The notes under the pieces: generated by a model | Told to the model about the DNA's origin: nothing | Seen by the model: the letters and a program-made list of their open reading frames with translations, nothing else | Database searches by the model: none | Assembly (NCBI GenBank): GCA_031409655.1 | Contig: JANNXQ010000273.1 | Location: 1-64,000 of the forward strand | Length of the DNA stretch: 64,000 nucleotides | From: Chthoniobacteraceae bacterium | GTDB lineage: Bacteria; Verrucomicrobiota; Verrucomicrobiia; Chthoniobacterales; Chthoniobacteraceae | Reading direction: 5' to 3' | Shown here: positions 37,321 to 45,269 of the stretch, piece after piece | Numbering within the stretch: position 1 is the stretch's first letter | How the letters are laid out: each line of letters starts with the position of its first letter | Position numbers and translations under genes: made by a program

Positions 37321-38616
37321 TCACTGCGCTTCCAAGCGGAAAAAGGCGGCGTCACCTGGCGCGTTGAACTCGAACTCCAATCTTCCCTGCGCATTGATGA
37401 CCGTGGACCCGCCAGAAACATTGAGCGGCAAGTCGCTGAAGCCATTACCCAGAGCAGTGGTCTGCTTCACCCCGATCGTCAGCTTAAAGCGGCCACTGGT
37501 CTGGCTTTTCTGAATGAGAGGCACTCCGACGTTTAGCGTTCGCACTTGAGCTGGGGTGAAGAGACCGGCCCCACTCGCATTGGCATAGTAGTTAGTCACG
37601 AGCGCGGGTTGGCTGACTTGCCAATCAAACCCAAGCGGCGCCATCAAGCGTTCCGAAGCATCGTTTAATCCGTCCCCGTCAGTGTCGGCGGCGAAGCTCA
37701 ACACGTTTAGCCGGAACGTCCGCTGGGCGGTGTTACCATTACTGTCCGTCGCGATCACCGTCAGATCCGCAATCCCCGACTGCCCAGGCGCAGGGCCGAG
37801 AGTGAGCGTGCTTCCTCCGGCAGTCGCCGCGACGAGCGCGGGGTTGGTATTGGTAACTGAGAAAGTAACTACCGCATTCTGTCCGGTAGTAGTCGGAAAC
37901 ACGGGAACTTCTTGCGCTGCATTCACCGATACGAGATTCGCGACCACCACACCTCCAGTTCCCGCATAGCCGGTGAGGGGCAATTGACCATACGGGCTGG
38001 CAAACGCGTACACCTGCAGCGCCTGGATCGCGTCCACCACGGCCATTCCGCTTCCCGTCACTCGTCCGAAGACTGCATAACCACCGCCATTGGCCACGCC
38101 CAAGGTCGTCGTGTTGTCGCGGGTATTGATAAACCACTGACTGGTCGCACTATTTAGCACGTTCGTCCGCGCCATGGAGATGGTTCCGCGCGCATTGGGA
38201 AGATTGTACTCCAACACGATTGGCGCGTTGGTCGCGATAGCACCCACTTGCAGCGGATTCCCACTAAGCACTCCGTAGCCACCTCCCTGGATGATCCCCA
38301 AGCCCTGATCCGACCGATGGACGAACGTACCCTCATACCGTCCCGCAGTCACATAGGTCCGGAAATTTGCCACCGACACCGGAGCCGCAGCAGGGAGAAG
38401 CTCCAGATTATAAGTCCCCAAAGTCGTCGGGAACTGCACCACCGGTCCGACGATGCCGGTGACTTCAAAGTGGTTGCGAAGATCAATCGCTGGAATGGCT
38501 TCTCCCGGCGCGGTCGTGAGGTCCGGGAGCGCTGCCTTCACCGTCGGAAAATCGGACGCACGGAGCGGATTCAGCATGGCGAGGGTCAGCGCGAGGAGGG
38601 TAGGAAGAAATCGCAT
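37321..38616 (-). CDS. Secreted cyclophilin-like protein with DTDGDG motif and C-terminal AAFFRLEAQ module
   Basis: N-terminal region paralogous to the neighbouring gene; ATG 38616. Confidence 0.85.
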   Translation of the reverse strand: MRFLPTLLALTLAMLNPLRASDFPTVKAALPDLTTAPGEAIPAIDLRNHFEVTGIVGPVVQFPTTLGTYNLELLPAAAPVSVANFRTYVTAGRYEGTFVHRSDQGLGIIQGGGYGVLSGNPLQVGAIATNAPIVLEYNLPNARGTISMARTNVLNSATSQWFINTRDNTTTLGVANGGGYAVFGRVTGSGMAVVDAIQALQVYAFASPYGQLPLTGYAGTGGVVVANLVSVNAAQEVPVFPTTTGQNAVVTFSVTNTNPALVAATAGGSTLTLGPAPGQSGIADLTVIATDSNGNTAQRTFRLNVLSFAADTDGDGLNDASERLMAPLGFDWQVSQPALVTNYYANASGAGLFTPAQVRTLNVGVPLIQKSQTSGRFKLTIGVKQTTALGNGFSDLPLNVSGGSTVINAQGRLEFEFNAPGDAAFFRLEAQ

Positions 38617-38713
38617 CCGTGCGATGATACGCAAAAAGGGGGGGGATCGCAACTGGGCAACCGTCAGCCTGCGCCAAGACTTGCCTGTCGCAATCGGGCG
38701 CCGAAACTCCGCC

Positions 38714-39424
38714 ATGCTCAATCCAGATGCCAAGATCGTCGTGCTCACCGGTGCGGGCATGTCCGCGGAATCCGGTGTGCCCACCTTTCGCGGCCAGGAC
38801 GGACTCTGGGAAGGGCACCGGATCGAGGATGTCGCGACGCCGGCAGCCTTCGCCGCAAATCCCCGCCTCGTGCAGCAGTTTTACAATCTCCGCCGCGCCG
38901 CCTTGAAACGAGTGGAGCCCAATACCGGACATCACGCGCTCGCCCGGCTTGAGCAGGAGTGGCCTGGCGAGTGCCTCCTCGTGACGCAAAATGTGGACGA
39001 CCTCCACGAACGCGCCGGCAGTGAGAAGCTCATCCACATGCATGGCGAATTGCGCAAAGTGCGCTGTAGCCATTGCCAGTCCGTCCATCCTTGGGGCGAC
39101 GATCTTTCCACGGAAACGCCCTGCCCGGCCTGCGCAGCGACCGGCGCCATGCGTCCCCACATCGTGTGGTTTGGCGAGATCCCGTTCGAGATGGAGGCCA
39201 TCGTCGAAGCGCTCACCACCTGCGACCTCTTCCTCTCCATCGGCACGAGCGGCGTGGTCTATCCGGCAGCCGGTTTCGCCATGATGGCCGCGACGCGCAA
39301 GAGCTGCCGCCTGATCGAACTGAACCTCGAAAGCACGGAGATCTCGCCCATCTTCGACGAACACCGCGTGGGACCAGTTTCTCGAACCCTGCCGACGCTA
39401 GTGGATTCATTGCTCGCCCTCTGA
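38714..39424 (+). CDS. cobB: NAD-dependent protein deacylase (class III sirtuin)
   Basis: LTGAGMSAESGVPTFR, FYN.RR, TQNVDDLHERAG, HMHG, two CxxC, RPHIVWFGE, GTSGVVYPAAG. Confidence 0.95.
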   Translation: MLNPDAKIVVLTGAGMSAESGVPTFRGQDGLWEGHRIEDVATPAAFAANPRLVQQFYNLRRAALKRVEPNTGHHALARLEQEWPGECLLVTQNVDDLHERAGSEKLIHMHGELRKVRCSHCQSVHPWGDDLSTETPCPACAATGAMRPHIVWFGEIPFEMEAIVEALTTCDLFLSIGTSGVVYPAAGFAMMAATRKSCRLIELNLESTEISPIFDEHRVGPVSRTLPTLVDSLLAL

Positions 39425-39603
39425 CGAGTCCGGCGCCCCTCGCTGAGCAGCCGCGAACAGGATGAGGCGTGGCGTTTTCGAAAGTTTGAAAAAACGTCCT
39501 TGCTCGTCCCCACTGATTTTTCCCTCTGCGTGGAACGGCGCTTGATCCGCAGGGGGGCTAGCACTCAACTTTCTCCGCCCGCTTTTTACCGCCCTCCCCT
39601 TGT

Positions 39604-40686
39604 ATGCAGGACTTTACCGCCACCGGCCCTTCGGCAGAACGCTCCCCGACTCCACTCAGCACGGGTCATCCCAGTTTTAATCAGCGCATCCGCGAACTGG
39701 TTGCGGATTGGGGGTGCGACAAGTCGTGCGTGCTGATCGAGGAGATGATCATGACGGCGCTCAAGCTCGGCCGCGATCAGACGACGACGGCGGATCTGAA
39801 GTTGTTCAATCGCTCGCTGAAGGAGCTGCGCTATGCGGCGCGGGTCTTTGCCCCTTACCGGCATCTGCGAAAAGTGGTGGTCTTTGGCAGTGCGCGCACG
39901 CCGCCGGAGGCTCCGGCATCACGGCTCGCGGAGGAGTTCAGCCGGCGCATGGTGGAGGCGGGTTACATGATCATCACGGGCGGCGGCGAAGGGATCATGG
40001 GCGCGGCCCAGCGCGGAGCGGGTCGGGAGAATAGTTTCGGGCTGAACATCCGGCTGCCTTTTGAACAGCGGGCGAATCTGACGATCCACGGCGACCCGAA
40101 GCTGATCAATTTCAACTACTTTTTCACCCGGAAGCTGAACTTTGTGAAGGAGTCGCACGCGGTGGTGCTTTTCCCGGGCGGCTTCGGGACGCTGGATGAG
40201 GGCTTTGAGGTCCTGACGCTGATGCAGACTGGGAAGAGCCGGATCATCCCCTTTGTACTCGTGGATGTGCCGGGCGGTACTTTTTGGGAAAAGTGGCTGA
40301 CCTTTGTGCAAGAGGACATGCTCGTGAGCGGGCTCGTCTCACCCGAGGATTTCCACTTTTTCAAGATGACGGATGATCTCGATGTGGCGCTCGCAGAGGT
40401 CACGCAGTTTTACAAAAATTTCCGCAGCTACCGTTGGGTGGGTGATCGTTTCGTGATCCGCATCCTGCGCAAACTCACGCCGGGCGCCGTCGCGGATTTG
40501 AATCGTGATTTTCGCGACATCCTGGATTGCGGCGAGATCCAGCAGACGACGCCGCTCACGGAAGAGAGCAATGAACCCGAGATCGCCGACCTCCCGCGGA
40601 TCGTCCTTTCCCCGCATCGGAGAAAGTTTGGCCGCTTCCGGTTGCTGCTGAATGCGATCAACTCCGCGGAGACGGAGTCGGCCTAG
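39604..40686 (+). CDS. LOG family protein (TIGR00730-like, long form)
   Basis: VFGSART, TGGGEGIMGA, YFFTRK, PGGFGTLDE. Confidence 0.9.
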   Translation: MQDFTATGPSAERSPTPLSTGHPSFNQRIRELVADWGCDKSCVLIEEMIMTALKLGRDQTTTADLKLFNRSLKELRYAARVFAPYRHLRKVVVFGSARTPPEAPASRLAEEFSRRMVEAGYMIITGGGEGIMGAAQRGAGRENSFGLNIRLPFEQRANLTIHGDPKLINFNYFFTRKLNFVKESHAVVLFPGGFGTLDEGFEVLTLMQTGKSRIIPFVLVDVPGGTFWEKWLTFVQEDMLVSGLVSPEDFHFFKMTDDLDVALAEVTQFYKNFRSYRWVGDRFVIRILRKLTPGAVADLNRDFRDILDCGEIQQTTPLTEESNEPEIADLPRIVLSPHRRKFGRFRLLLNAINSAETESA

Positions 40687-40717
40687 CGGCGCGCGAGGAC
40701 TCCCGCTTTCCTCGTCC

Positions 40718-40939
40718 TCAATCCAGGTCGTCGTCTGGTCCCCAGAGGTGCTCCCTGGTCCAGCGTTTCTCGTAGAGTTTGCAGAGCCCGATGGCCGGCG
40801 CGACCCCGCCGTAGTAGCTGGCGGTCGTGGTGTATTGCTTGTCCTCGTCGTAGGTGCCGACGGCGATCACCACGTGGTCAAAATGCTCACTGAGCATCTC
40901 AAACGCTTCGTCGATCTTTTGCTGCTGGGCTTCGGTCAT
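40718..40939 (-). CDS. Small acidic hypothetical protein (73 aa)
   Basis: Protein-like composition; ATG after a pyrimidine-rich leader; downstream of the ACP gene on the same strand. Confidence 0.6.
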   Translation of the reverse strand: MTEAQQQKIDEAFEMLSEHFDHVVIAVGTYDEDKQYTTTASYYGGVAPAIGLCKLYEKRWTREHLWGPDDDLD

Positions 40940-41011
40940 CAGGGAAGAGTGAAAGTGAAATGGAACGGTGGGAAGTGGAAAAGCGGGCGCGCGATCACGG
41001 GCGGAAAGCCG

Positions 41012-41275
41012 TCAGGCCTTCCGCTGCGCGAGCACGTAGTCGTGAATGGAGTTCACGGTCGCGAGAGCCTGGCGCGCGGTTTCGGAATTCGGCACCGAGA
41101 CGCCAAACTTTTTTTCCAACGACACGACCAGTTCAAGGGCGTCGATGGAATCGAGCCCAAGGCCTTCCGGTCCGAAGAGCGGGAGATCGTCGGCGATCTC
41201 CTCCTTCGAAACTTTCAGCATCAGATTTTCCACCATCATTTCTTTGAGGGCGTCGCGCAGGTCGGGTTCGGACAT
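41012..41275 (-). CDS. Acyl carrier protein
   Basis: PLFGPEGLGLDSIDALEL phosphopantetheine motif; ATG 41275. Confidence 0.9.
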   Translation of the reverse strand: MSEPDLRDALKEMMVENLMLKVSKEEIADDLPLFGPEGLGLDSIDALELVVSLEKKFGVSVPNSETARQALATVNSIHDYVLAQRKA

Positions 41276-41457
41276 TGGGAAGTTTTGCGGCAGTGAGATT
41301 TCTTCGGAGTTCGTTCGCGGAGGGGGCGTGAAGTTCATGGCTTTGCACGCGAATGCCAATTTCATTTCGCCCGCCGCGCTCCGCAATCTGCAATCGGGGA
41401 CGCCGGTGAAAATTTTTCCGCTGGCGCGACTGCACTCCGCTCCCTCTAATCCCGCGA

Positions 41458-42129
41458 ATGATCGACTATATGCAAAAGGGCGGCCCCCTGATGTGGCTGA
41501 TCCTCTTCTGCAGCGTCCTCGCCGGCGCGGTCTTCCTCGAGCGTGCCACCTACTTTCACCGCATCACGCTGCGCGTCGGAGAATTCATGCGAGGCCTGCA
41601 AAATCTCATCCAGCACCGGCGCTTCGCCGAAGCGCAGATGGAATGCGCGAGCAGCCCGACTCCGGTCACGCGCGTCATCCACGCGGCGATCGTGCGGCAC
41701 GACGCGCCCCGCTCGGAGCTGAAGGAGATCGTTCAGGAAGCGGGTCAACTCGAAGTCCCACGCCTCGAGCGACGCCTCGCCATCATCGCCACCATTGGCT
41801 TCGTCACGCCGATGATCGGCCTCCTCGGCACCATCACCGGGCTCATCGAATCCTTTGTGAACATCTCGTCCCAGAGCGGCTTTGCCAGCTCCACGGATAT
41901 CGCGAGCGGGATCTATCAAAGTCTCCTCACGACTGCGGCGGGCCTCGTCGTGGCCATCCCATGCGCGGTGGCCTACGGCTATCTGAACTCGCGCGTGAAC
42001 TCGATGATGCACGACATGGAGCGCGCCGGCATCGAGATCGTGAATCTGCTCGTGGACAGCCGCCCGCAGCCTTCGCCGGACATCATCGAACTGCCTGAGA
42101 TGCGGCATCCGAAGAGCGACTCGCGATGA
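41458..42129 (+). CDS. exbB: MotA/TolQ/ExbB proton channel protein
   Basis: GGPLMW, PMIGLLGTITG, GIYQSLLTTAAGLVVAIP. Confidence 0.9.
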   Translation: MIDYMQKGGPLMWLILFCSVLAGAVFLERATYFHRITLRVGEFMRGLQNLIQHRRFAEAQMECASSPTPVTRVIHAAIVRHDAPRSELKEIVQEAGQLEVPRLERRLAIIATIGFVTPMIGLLGTITGLIESFVNISSQSGFASSTDIASGIYQSLLTTAAGLVVAIPCAVAYGYLNSRVNSMMHDMERAGIEIVNLLVDSRPQPSPDIIELPEMRHPKSDSR

Positions 42130-42337
42130 TGGGAAAAGTGCTCCGATGGATGCGCGCGCGAAGCCTGCCGCTCGTGAACAAAGCAAACGCCAAACGCCAA
42201 ACTTCAAACGCCAAACTTCAAAGGTTCCGGAGCGCACGCTCCCTGCATTTGAAGTTTGAAGTTTGGCGTTTGAAGTTTGGCGTTGGCGCCGTTCGGCTCA
42301 GAGAAGTTTCCGCGGGTCTCTGAGGACTTTTCCCCAT
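42129..42337. repeat. Heptamer inverted-repeat element filling the exbB-exbD gap
   Basis: Perfect 30-bp IR 42193-42222 / 42255-42284 built of CAAACGC/CAAACTT units; inner GGAGCG-CA-CGCTCC palindrome; outer ATGGGAAAAGTGCTC / GAGGACTTTTCCCCAT. Confidence 0.9.
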
Positions 42338-42740
42338 GAAGCTCGAGCGCAATCTCACCATCAGCCCCGCGCTTTTCAGCGTCGTCCCGCTGGTCAATGT
42401 GCTCTTCCTCGTCGTCATCTTTTTCGCGATGAGTTCCCGCTTTGTCCTCCAGCCCGGCATGGCCATCGCGCTGCCCACCTCGCCTTTCAATCTCGGCCCG
42501 CAGCGCGCCGCGCAGATCGTGAGCATCACGGCCGCACCGGTGCCGGCGATCTTTTTCCGCGACCGCAAAGTGACCCTCGCGGAACTCCGCACGCAACTCC
42601 AGGACAGCCCGCCGGGACAGCGCACGCTCATCGTGAAAGCGGATCGCAATACGCCCTACGATCTCGCCGTGCAGATCATGAATGAAGGACTGAAGCTCAG
42701 CTTTTCCGTGGTTCTCGCGGCCAATCCCGACCGCCCGTGA
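42336..42740 (+). CDS. exbD: ExbD/TolR biopolymer transport protein
   Basis: VPLVNVLFLVVIFF TM helix; IVKADRNTPY motif. Confidence 0.85.
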   Translation: MKLERNLTISPALFSVVPLVNVLFLVVIFFAMSSRFVLQPGMAIALPTSPFNLGPQRAAQIVSITAAPVPAIFFRDRKVTLAELRTQLQDSPPGQRTLIVKADRNTPYDLAVQIMNEGLKLSFSVVLAANPDRP

Positions 42741-43513
42741 AAGCCACCGCGCCGGAGCCGGGGCTCTCCTTTGCGTGGTTCGATCGCGAGCGTTTCCCGT
42801 GGTTCCTTTTCATCTGCGTCGTGCTTTCCTTCGCCGCACACGCTGGCAGCTTCCTCATTTTTCAAGTCATCTATCCGCAGCGCGCGACTCTACCCCCGCC
42901 GCCGCCGCAGGTCCAGTTACTCTCCCCGGAGCTCCCGGAATATTCCGCCATCTGGCAGCGCGTGCAGGCCGAAGACCCGAGCCTCGTCGCCAGCACCTTC
43001 AGCGCGACGCCAGTCTCGCTCTTCGACGTAGCCTACCGCCCGTCTTTCACCACCCTGCGCACCGCGCCGCGCAGCGTGCCCGAGGTCGTCGTGCCAGTGC
43101 AGTTTCCCGCCGTCAAAAACCCGCTCGCCATCATCCGCAGCGCGGACGCCACCGCCTCCGCGCCCGCACCCGCGCCGATCTTCCTCTCCACCCGCATCAC
43201 CTTCTCCTCCACCCTCGCCCATCGTCCACTTGAGCAGGTGCCGGCCTTCGTAACCGAGACCGCCGCCATCGCTCCCGTGGAGCCGTCGCGTTTCCTAATC
43301 GGCGTGACGGACCGCGGCGAAGTGCGCTTTGTCTTCCTCCAGCAATCCTCCGGCAATCCCGCCCTCGACGCCGAAGCCTCGCGCGCCCTCACCACCGCGA
43401 CCTTTGCCCAGGATAAAGTCCCGGTCACTTGGAGCCACGCCACCATCGAGTGGGGCGATGAAGTCTTTGCCGCCCGTCCGAAATCCAAGCCCCAAACTCC
43501 GAAGCAGGAATGA
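42737..43513 (+). CDS. TonB-like membrane-anchored protein
   Basis: SFAAH anchor helix, Pro-rich linker, C-terminal GEVRFVFLQQSSGNPALD; GTGA overlap with exbD. Confidence 0.7.
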   Translation: MKATAPEPGLSFAWFDRERFPWFLFICVVLSFAAHAGSFLIFQVIYPQRATLPPPPPQVQLLSPELPEYSAIWQRVQAEDPSLVASTFSATPVSLFDVAYRPSFTTLRTAPRSVPEVVVPVQFPAVKNPLAIIRSADATASAPAPAPIFLSTRITFSSTLAHRPLEQVPAFVTETAAIAPVEPSRFLIGVTDRGEVRFVFLQQSSGNPALDAEASRALTTATFAQDKVPVTWSHATIEWGDEVFAARPKSKPQTPKQE

Positions 43514-43749
43514 TCCGCGTCTCGCTGAGTTACCTGATCGTCTTTTACCTCGGCCTCCTCCTCGGCCCGATTTTTTGCGCGTGGATCTTCCACGAATGGC
43601 GCCGCCAACGCCGCGAACGCGCCGCCTTCCGCAAAGTCATCCGCTGCGGCATCTGCGCCTTCGACTTCCTGGACGACAGCACCACGCTCCTGACCCGTTG
43701 CCCCCGCTGCGCCAATCTCAACGAGCGCTTCGAGATCTCCCAATTGTAG
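43510..43749 (+). CDS. Small membrane protein with C4 zinc ribbon
   Basis: N-terminal TM helix, then CGIC-x13-CPRC; ATGA overlap with the TonB-like gene. Confidence 0.75.
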   Translation: MIRVSLSYLIVFYLGLLLGPIFCAWIFHEWRRQRRERAAFRKVIRCGICAFDFLDDSTTLLTRCPRCANLNERFEISQL

Positions 43750-43787
43750 CGCGGCGCCAGTGACGGCGCACCCCCGCCACCTTGCCG

Positions 43788-45266
43788 TCAGGCCAGCAGT
43801 GCCTTCACCGGATGCACGGCCTCCACACCGGTGAGGCGCTGGTCGAGACCCTGGAAGCGGTAGCTGAACTTTTCGTGATCGATGCCCATGCGGTTCATGA
43901 TCGTCGCGTTGAGTTCATTGAGATGCACGGGGTCCTGCACGGGATTGTAGGAGAAGTCGTCGGTCTCGCCGTGAACGATGCCGGGTTTGATGCCACCGCC
44001 GGACATCCACATGCAGTAGTTCTTCGGATGATGATCGCGGCCGTAGTTCGTCGCCGTGAGCGTGCCCTGGCTGTACACGGTCCGACCGAATTCGCCGCCC
44101 CACACGACGAGCGTATCATCGAGCAGGCCGCGCGCTTTGAGATCCTTGATCAGGGCGGCGCTCGGTTGGTCCACGTCGCCGCACTGCGCCTTGATTTCGG
44201 CAGGCAGGTTATTGTGCTGGTCCCAGCCGCGGTGGAGGATTTGCACCACGCGCACATTGCGCTCCGCGAGACGCCGCGCGAGCAGGCAACTCGCCGCAAA
44301 GGTCCCGGGCTTGAGCACGTCGGGCCCGTACATATCCAGGGTCTCCTTGGACTCCTTGGAGAAGTCCGTAAGATCCGGCACCGAGGTCTGCATACGGAAG
44401 GCCATCTCGTATTGCGCGATGCGCGTCTGGGTCTCCGGATCGCCGAAACGCTGAAAGGTCTTCGCATTGAGCTGGCCGAGGGCGTCGAGCATGTCTCGCC
44501 GCGCCTCGCGATCCACGCCCTCGGGATTTTGGATGAAAAGCACAGGGTCGCCTTTGCTCCGCAGCGCCACGCCAGTGTGGCGCGAGGGGATGAAGCCGCT
44601 GCTCCACATGCGGGTGAAGAGCGCCTGGGCGTTGCCTTTCGACGACCAATTCGGCGTGAGGACGACGAAGGACGGCAGGTCTTCATTTTCGCTGCCGAGG
44701 CCGTAACTGAGCCACGAACCGAGGCTCGCCTTGCCGGGGATTTCACTGCCCGTCATGACGAAAGTGCAGGCCGGATCGTGATTGATCGCATTCGTGTGGA
44801 CCGTCTTGATGAGCGCGAGATCGTCCACGACTTCCGAGGTGTGCTTGAGCAGCTCGCTGACCCACATCCCGCACTTGCCATGCTGCGCAAACTTGAAGAT
44901 CGAAGGCGCCACCGGCAGCCGCGCCTGGCCGCTGGTCATCGTAGTGATGCGCTGCCCCTTGCGGATGGAGTCCGGGAGTTCCTTGTCAAAATGCTCCGCC
45001 AGGCCCGGCTTGTAATCAAAGAGATCGAGCTGCGACGGCGCGCCATTCATGTGCAGGTAGATCAGGCGTTTCGCCTTTGGCGGAAAGTGCGGGAGCCCCG
45101 GCAGCGCTGGATGCACGCTGGAGCCGTAACCTTTCGCGCCAGTGAGGGCCGCAGTGGCGTCCCGACCGAGCAAGTAATTCAGCGCGATGCCACCGGCACT
45201 CAGGCCACAGTTATGGATAAAAGAACGGCGACTTTGCAGCGCGGCGAATTCGTGGAGTGGGTTCAT
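43788..45266 (-). CDS. DUF1501 (sulfatase-superfamily-like) protein with twin-arginine-like leader
   Basis: [50 protein letters not shown]. Confidence 0.92.
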   Translation of the reverse strand: MNPLHEFAALQSRRSFIHNCGLSAGGIALNYLLGRDATAALTGAKGYGSSVHPALPGLPHFPPKAKRLIYLHMNGAPSQLDLFDYKPGLAEHFDKELPDSIRKGQRITTMTSGQARLPVAPSIFKFAQHGKCGMWVSELLKHTSEVVDDLALIKTVHTNAINHDPACTFVMTGSEIPGKASLGSWLSYGLGSENEDLPSFVVLTPNWSSKGNAQALFTRMWSSGFIPSRHTGVALRSKGDPVLFIQNPEGVDREARRDMLDALGQLNAKTFQRFGDPETQTRIAQYEMAFRMQTSVPDLTDFSKESKETLDMYGPDVLKPGTFAASCLLARRLAERNVRVVQILHRGWDQHNNLPAEIKAQCGDVDQPSAALIKDLKARGLLDDTLVVWGGEFGRTVYSQGTLTATNYGRDHHPKNYCMWMSGGGIKPGIVHGETDDFSYNPVQDPVHLNELNATIMNRMGIDHEKFSYRFQGLDQRLTGVEAVHPVKALLA

Positions 45267-45269
45267 AGG

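Noticed and set aside
36350..38616. Cyclophilin or permease duplications as DGR template/variable repeats
   Set aside because: No reverse transcriptase; both copies are full coding genes, and the permease differences I checked are synonymous and not confined to adenines.
38714..39424. Sir2 gene as an anti-phage (Thoeris/DSR-like) effector
   Set aside because: Canonical zinc-binding CobB deacylase with no defence partner genes.
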